From: an uncultured delta proteobacterium | GTDB lineage: Bacteria; Desulfobacterota; Binatia; Bin18 | Assembly (NCBI GenBank): GCA_963733195.1 | Contig: CAVTCR010000070.1 | Location: 49,056-113,055 of the forward strand | Direction of reading: 5' to 3' | Length of the DNA stretch: 64,000 nt | Shown here: positions 58,819 through 64,000 of the stretch, piece after piece | Position numbering within the stretch: the first letter of the stretch is position 1 | Layout of the letters: each line of letters starts with the position of its first letter | Notes under the pieces: generated by a model | What the model saw: the letters and a program-made list of their open reading frames with translations, nothing else | Databases searched by the model: none | What the model was told of the DNA's origin: nothing | Made by a program: the position numbers and the translations under genes

Positions 58819-60691
58819 ATGATGACGTTTAAGGGAACAATTCAGCGCTGTACGTTGACCGCATTAGTGCTCACGATCTTGCTGTTGGCTGCTGGCGTTG
58901 GCAAGGCCGCTGGCCCAGCCGACACGAACTGGATGACCTACAATGGTACAGTGAACGGTCAGCGCTACTCGTCGCTTGATCAAATCAACGTGCAGAACGT
59001 GGCGTCACTGGCTGAAGTCTGCCGACTGAAAGTTGACGATTCAGGGGCGTTCCAGGCTGGCCTCTTACAGATCGACGGCACGCTCTATATGACCAACGCA
59101 CACGACACTCTAGCGGTCGATGCGACGAACTGTACAGTGCGCTGGCGCAATGTCTACAAGTCTGAGCAGGAAGATATCTTCCAGGTTAATCGTGGCGTGG
59201 CCTTCGCGAATGGCAAACTATTTCGCGGGACACCGGATAGTCGCATGCTGGCGATCGATGCCGCTACTGGTAAGACACTATGGAAGCAGCAAGTCGGCGA
59301 TCCGCAGCAAGGGGAGTTCTTCAGCTCCGTGCCTGCGGTTTGGCAAGGGCTGTTGATCACGGGCTCGGCTGGGAGCGACTGGGGTATTCGCGGACGCATC
59401 ATGGCCTACGAGCAGGAGAGTGGACGCGAGGTGTGGCGGTTCTACACAATCCCGCGCGGCAAGGAGACAGGTGCCGAGACTTGGACTGAGCGGGATAGTG
59501 CGCGCTACGGTGGCGGTGGTAGTTGGACTACCTATACGCTCGATATGTCGAGCGGGGAAGTGTTTGTGCCAGTCGGCAATCCTGCACCCGACTTTGTACC
59601 GAGCCATCGGCCGGGGGCAAACCTCTTTACCGACAGTATGGTGGTGCTTGACGCGCGCACCGGTGCACTCAAATGGTGGTATCAGATGTCACCGAATGAC
59701 GGCCTTGATCTCGACCTTGCTGCCGCGCCGATGCTGTACTGGAACAGCAAAGGTCACCCCATGGTCGCGATTGGCAGTAAGGACGGGTATCTCTACGGGG
59801 TCAACCGTGAAACCAAGAAACAGGTGTTCAAGACCCCGGTGACGACCATAAAGATCCCAGAACAGGCACCGCACGCGAGAGGCGTCTTTAGCTGCCCAGG
59901 GCCAGTGGGTGGCGTCGAATGGAATGGTCCCGCCTACGATCAGCTAACGAAACAGATCGTAGTGGGCGCTGTCGACTGGTGTGCAACCATCAAATCCGAC
60001 GAGGTAGAGTTTCAACCTGGTAAGTTTTTGCTCGGCGGGAGTTGGGAGTGGGATTCTGCCAAGACTGGTTGGGTGACCGCCGTCGATCCGGATTCCGGCG
60101 CTGTGCGATGGAAGTATCACGCCGACGCGCCCGTTGTTGCTGCTATCACTCCTACTGCGGGTGGCGTGACCTTCACCGGCGACATGGATGGCAATTTCTT
60201 CGCGTTCGAATCTACCACCGGTAAACTACTGTTCAAGACGGCGACCAACGGGGCACTGGCGGGTGGCGTGATCACCTATGCGCTCGGCGGCACGCAGTAC
60301 GTCGCCATCACCTCGGGTAATGTGTCGCGATTGTCCTTCGGCGAGAGCGGCAAGCCGTCGCTTGTTATCTATGCACTGCCAGAACACGCCAAGTCAGTAG
60401 CACCAGCACCTCAGGCTGCGGCGACGGCTCCGACCACAGTAGCGGCTGCGGCTACTGCTCCAGACGCTGGACGCGGGAAAGAGCTGTACAGCAAGAACTG
60501 TGCAGCGTGCCATGGAAACCAGGGAGAGGGCGGCTCCGGTCCAGCTTTGAAAGGCTATACGCTCGCGTCTTGATTTCAACGCAACCGTCAATTGGATCGA
60601 GAATCCCTCGGAGAAGATGCCACGTCTCTATCCCTCCATTCTCGATGCGCAGGCGGTGGTCGATGTCGCGTCGTATGTCCAGGGGTTCTGA
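58819..60691 (+). CDS. PQQ-dependent dehydrogenase with C-terminal cytochrome c (quinohemoprotein-like), frameshifted near 60555
   Basis: Signal peptide, RYSSLDQINVQNV, VNRGVA, Trp-docking propeller repeats, GTQYVA, CAACH. Confidence 0.88.
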
Positions 60692-60699
60692 GGGTGACG

Positions 60700-60980
60700 A
60701 TGTGTAAAAATCACGTTTCAAAAGATCGTCACGATAAATAATGTGGCGAAAATGGGGCCAACTTAATTGTCTAGACACTGTCTGGACAATTGATCTCGTC
60801 AGAGTAGACCTCAGCAAACCGCACCATGTGGAAGAGATTCGTGCGAGTGAAACCCTGCCCGTGGTCAGCTACTAATTGTGCAGACACTGTTTGCACAATC
60901 TCCTGGCCAGACTCAGCACGCTTCTGTTTAAGGATGTCGCGTCGGATACGGTTACCGATACTCCAGTACAAAAGTACAAT
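60700..60980 (-). pseudogene. DUF1016 (YhcG-like) N-terminal fragment
   Basis: YWSIGNRI...GQGFTRTNLFHMVRFAEVY...LSWPHF...RDFY; no start codon and no nuclease domain. Confidence 0.75.
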
Positions 60981-60998
60981 TCACCATCTGAATCATAT

Positions 60999-61196
60999 CT
61001 ATAATCGAGAATTCTTTAGGGTTGTACGCTGTTCAAACGGCGTACGGCAGCCTGCGAGGATCTCGAATACGGAGATAACAGAACACAAGATTGTCGATCT
61101 TGCCTCAGCACGACGCCAAAAGTCGAGAGCCCGAGGCTGCTTTCTTGTCACGTCGATGAGAATGTCGGTATCAACGAAGGTTCGCTGTTCTGTCAC
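60999..61196 (-). pseudogene. Truncated PIN (VapC) toxin
   Basis: FVDTDILID...SVISVFEILAG; ends after about 65 aa. Confidence 0.7.
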
Positions 61197-61469
61197 CCCG
61201 AGTCTCCAGCTGCCGCCTTAGGGTTCTGGCGAAAGATTGGCCATCGATAATATCAGTCCGGTCTGCCCACATCCCACAGAAAGGGGTATCGAGGAGGCTC
61301 TTTTTCTTCGCCTTCCTTCGCTTAGGTGCAGAGGTGCTTTTCGCTCCGGGGTCAGCGAGCGCCTCAGCCACATCACGGACGATCCGCAGCCGAGTTTTGG
61401 GTACGCGCTTGAGAGTTTCGAAAATCTCATCAGGGTTACCCTTTTAGATTCTGCTTTCGCAAGTTTCAT
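61171..61469 (-). CDS. Putative antitoxin (frameshifted)
   Basis: AAGGAG RBS; C-terminal PFCGMWADRTDI..G..FARTLR of the kind found upstream of PIN genes. Confidence 0.6.
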
Positions 61470-61543
61470 GAATCTTTACTCCTTCCCTGCGCACATTCAG
61501 AAGCAGGGGACTGCCCTGAGCTGTTCGGGAATCAAACTGCTAC

Positions 61544-61933
61544 TCACGGTTCTAACGGTGCACGGAGACCTCGACGAACTGCTTCTCGCAGTGCTTGCGC
61601 TTTCCTCAGAAGACCTTCTTGGTAGACCTGCATGAGAGCGAGAAGTTCTGCAGGTTCTGAGTCGGTAAGAGTTCCTGCCTGCTGTTTGTCAAGCAAATTG
61701 CTGAGACGTTGGTCCTGCGCTGGTGGCATTTGCAGATCAGCCAGTGCTAAGACTTTCTGGTCGGCTAGTTCTGTAATTGGCTGCTCTTTTTGTGCATGTG
61801 GGGTGAGTGACGGCAGCGCAAGTGTGATGGTGTCTGCTAGCAAGTCAGAGACATTACGACTCACTACCTGAGCGAGCCGTTCAGCTCGATGGTAGACTTC
61901 GTCTGGTAAGGTAATCTCAACTCGGGTGCTCAT
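61544..61933 (-). CDS. Putative antitoxin-like protein (RHH-like N-terminus)
   Basis: VEITLPDEVYHRAE...RLSNLLDKQQAGTLT...LLRKAQALREAVRRG. Confidence 0.65.
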   Translation of the reverse strand: MSTRVEITLPDEVYHRAERLAQVVSRNVSDLLADTITLALPSLTPHAQKEQPITELADQKVLALADLQMPPAQDQRLSNLLDKQQAGTLTDSEPAELLALMQVYQEGLLRKAQALREAVRRGLRAPLEP

Positions 61934-62051
61934 AGTGACTTGTTCCTACAACAAAATTGCCTCAACCAAGCTTAGCAAATCGCAAAAGAATTACGAGCCT
62001 TTGTTTGTAGATAGATGCATGAAAATTTCTTGACTACCAATTGAGCAGTGA

Positions 62052-62135
62052 GTAGGCCGGAATAAGCGAAGCGTTTCCGGCGCGGGCAAACCCAGTGAAT
62101 GCCAGGAACGGCCTGTGACCCTATCCCGGCTTACC
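62052..62135. repeat. Dispersed REP doublet of the RAYT-associated family
   Basis: GTAGGCCGGAATAAGCGAAGCGTTTCCGGC + 19 nt + GCCAGGAACGGCCTGTGACCCTATCCCGGCTTAC. Confidence 0.85.
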
Positions 62136-62187
62136 TGTGCGCCAAAGGAAGCCAGGATTGTGTCATGTACCTCCTACGACTCCGGGA

Positions 62188-62216
62188 TTGACAGCAAAAA
62201 GGACTGTTGGTTAAGT
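62188..62216 (+). promoter_or_regulatory. Putative sigma70 promoter of tRNA-Leu
   Basis: TTGACA-17bp-TTAAGT, 12 nt before the tRNA. Confidence 0.45.
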
Positions 62217-62228
62217 AGCCGCTCACTT

Positions 62229-62313
<85 letters not shown>

Positions 62314-62324
62314 TAACTACTGTA

Positions 62325-62368
62325 AGAAAGGGGGTTCTGCCTGAACGAAGTGGGTAGAACCCCTTTCT
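62325..62368. terminator. Strong hairpin between tRNA and valS
   Basis: AGAAAGGGGGTTCTGCC ... GGTAGAACCCCTTTCT. Confidence 0.5.
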
Positions 62369-62377
62369 CATTTGCTT

Positions 62378-64000
62378 ATGGCACTCGATAAAACATACGA
62401 CCCAAGTTTGGTGGAGAACCGCTGGGCTCATGCCTGGATCGACAAGGGTTTCTTTCGTCCGGAACAAAACCCCGCTGGTCAACCGTTCTCGATGGTGATT
62501 CCTCCACCCAATGTCACCGGCTCGCTGCATATGGGCCATGCGCTCAATAATACGCTGCAAGACATTTTGGCACGCTATAAGCGCATGGATGGCTACCAGG
62601 TCCTGTGGGTACCGGGGACGGATCATGCTGGCATTGCGACACAAAACGTCGTTGAACGCCTCCTGCTGCAAGAAGGAACTGACCGCTGGGCGCTGGGGCG
62701 CGAGAAGTTTGTCGAACGGGCGTGGACCTGGAAAGCGGAATCCGGCGGACAGATTGTCAATCAGCTCAAAGTTCTCGGAGCGTCGTGTGACTGGTCCCGC
62801 GAACGTTTCACAATGGACGCCGGATTGTCACGCGCTGTGCGCGAAGTCTTTGTTCGCCTCTATGAAGAAGGATTAATTTACCGTGGTCGCTATCTCATTA
62901 ATTGGTGTCCACGCTGCGAGACGGCGCTGTCTGACTTGGAAGTCGAACCAAAAGAGAGCGAAGGTTATCTGTATCATCTGTCCTATCCGCGTACTGATGG
63001 CACAGGAGCAGTGACGATCGCGACAACCCGCCCTGAAACGATGCTGGGCGATACGGCTGTTGCAGTCCACCCCGAAGATGAACGGTATAGTGAGCTGGAT
63101 TGGTAAAACACTGACGTTGCCCATTTTAGGACGTGAAATTCCAGTGATCGCTGACGAGCATGTGGATAAAGAATTCGGCACTGGCGCACTGAAAGTGACC
63201 CCAGCACACGACTTTACCGACTTTGACATCGGTAGAACGCATAGTCTGCCCTCCATCTCTATCCTTGACGAAAAAGCGCGAATGACGAGCGAAGCTGGAC
63301 CTTATGTCGGCATGGATCGCTATGAGTGCCGGAAGCAACTGGTCGAAGAGCTGCAGCAATCCGGGGTGCTGATCAAAACCGAGCCGTACAAAATCATGCT
63401 CGGTCACTGCTATCGGTGTCAGACCGTGGTCGAGCCGTTCTTGTCTAACCAATGGTTCGTCAAGATTAAGCCGCTCGCGGATGTCGCTATTGCTGCAGTG
63501 AAAGATGGCCGAACGCAATTTTCCCGACACACTGGGAGAAGACCTATTTCGCCTCGATGGAAAATATCCGTGACTGGTGTATCTCGCGTCAACTGTGGTG
63601 GGGCCATCGTATCCCTGCATGGTACTGTGGCAACTGTGGTGAGATGACCGTCTCACGAGAAGACGTCACAAGCTGTCCAAAGTCAATCAGCGAAACTGAC
63701 ACAAGAAACAGACGTCCTTGATACGTGGTTCAGCTCAGGACTGTGGCCGTTTTCTACGCTCGGCTGGCCGGACCAAACCGCGGACCTCAAGACATTTTAT
63801 CCAACATCAGTATTAGTCACTGGCTTTGACATCATTTTCTTCTGGGTTGCCCGCATGATGATGCTTGGACTGAAGTTCATGGGCGAGGTGCCGTTCCGTC
63901 ACATCTATATTCACGCCCTTGTCCGTGACGAGCGTGGACAGAAGATGTCGAAGTCGAAAGGCAATGTAGTTGATCCGCTTAGAACTGATGTCAACGTTTG
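62378..64000 (+). CDS. valS: Valine--tRNA ligase (partial, several frameshifts)
   Basis: [69 protein letters not shown]. Confidence 0.96.

Overview
Bacterial chromosomal window of roughly 55% GC. It holds three amidohydrolases, three luciferase-like monooxygenases and two cyclase-STAND proteins, a gene mix suggestive of Candidatus Binatia or a related lineage (inference only). Housekeeping and metabolic genes (gloB, pdhAB, acyl-CoA dehydrogenase, recN, thiolase/DUF35, a PQQ dehydrogenase, tRNA-Leu(CAG), valS) alternate with accessory patches. These are a DUF4011 helicase-nuclease (Hhe-like) next to an intact IS with 13-bp inverted repeats and a 7-bp target duplication; several toxin-antitoxin pairs and remnants; a GHKL/STAS-like pair; and a type I R-M operon interrupted by a REP-associated tyrosine transposase (RAYT) and its REP array. 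Single-base frameshifts occur even in essential genes (valS, pdhB), so most are probably long-read consensus errors. The most unusual signal is a layered set of very small repeats: several REP families, heptamer tandem arrays, and 21-, 24- and 27-bp frame-preserving inserts that nest inside one another and inside coding sequence. One 27-bp hairpin is found twice, identical, at the same site of a host repeat. An orphan HTH gene sits between two REP arms in the same way the RAYT does. The hsdS specificity domains look like a scrambled consensus of several alleles. No CRISPR array, rRNA or reverse transcriptase was seen.
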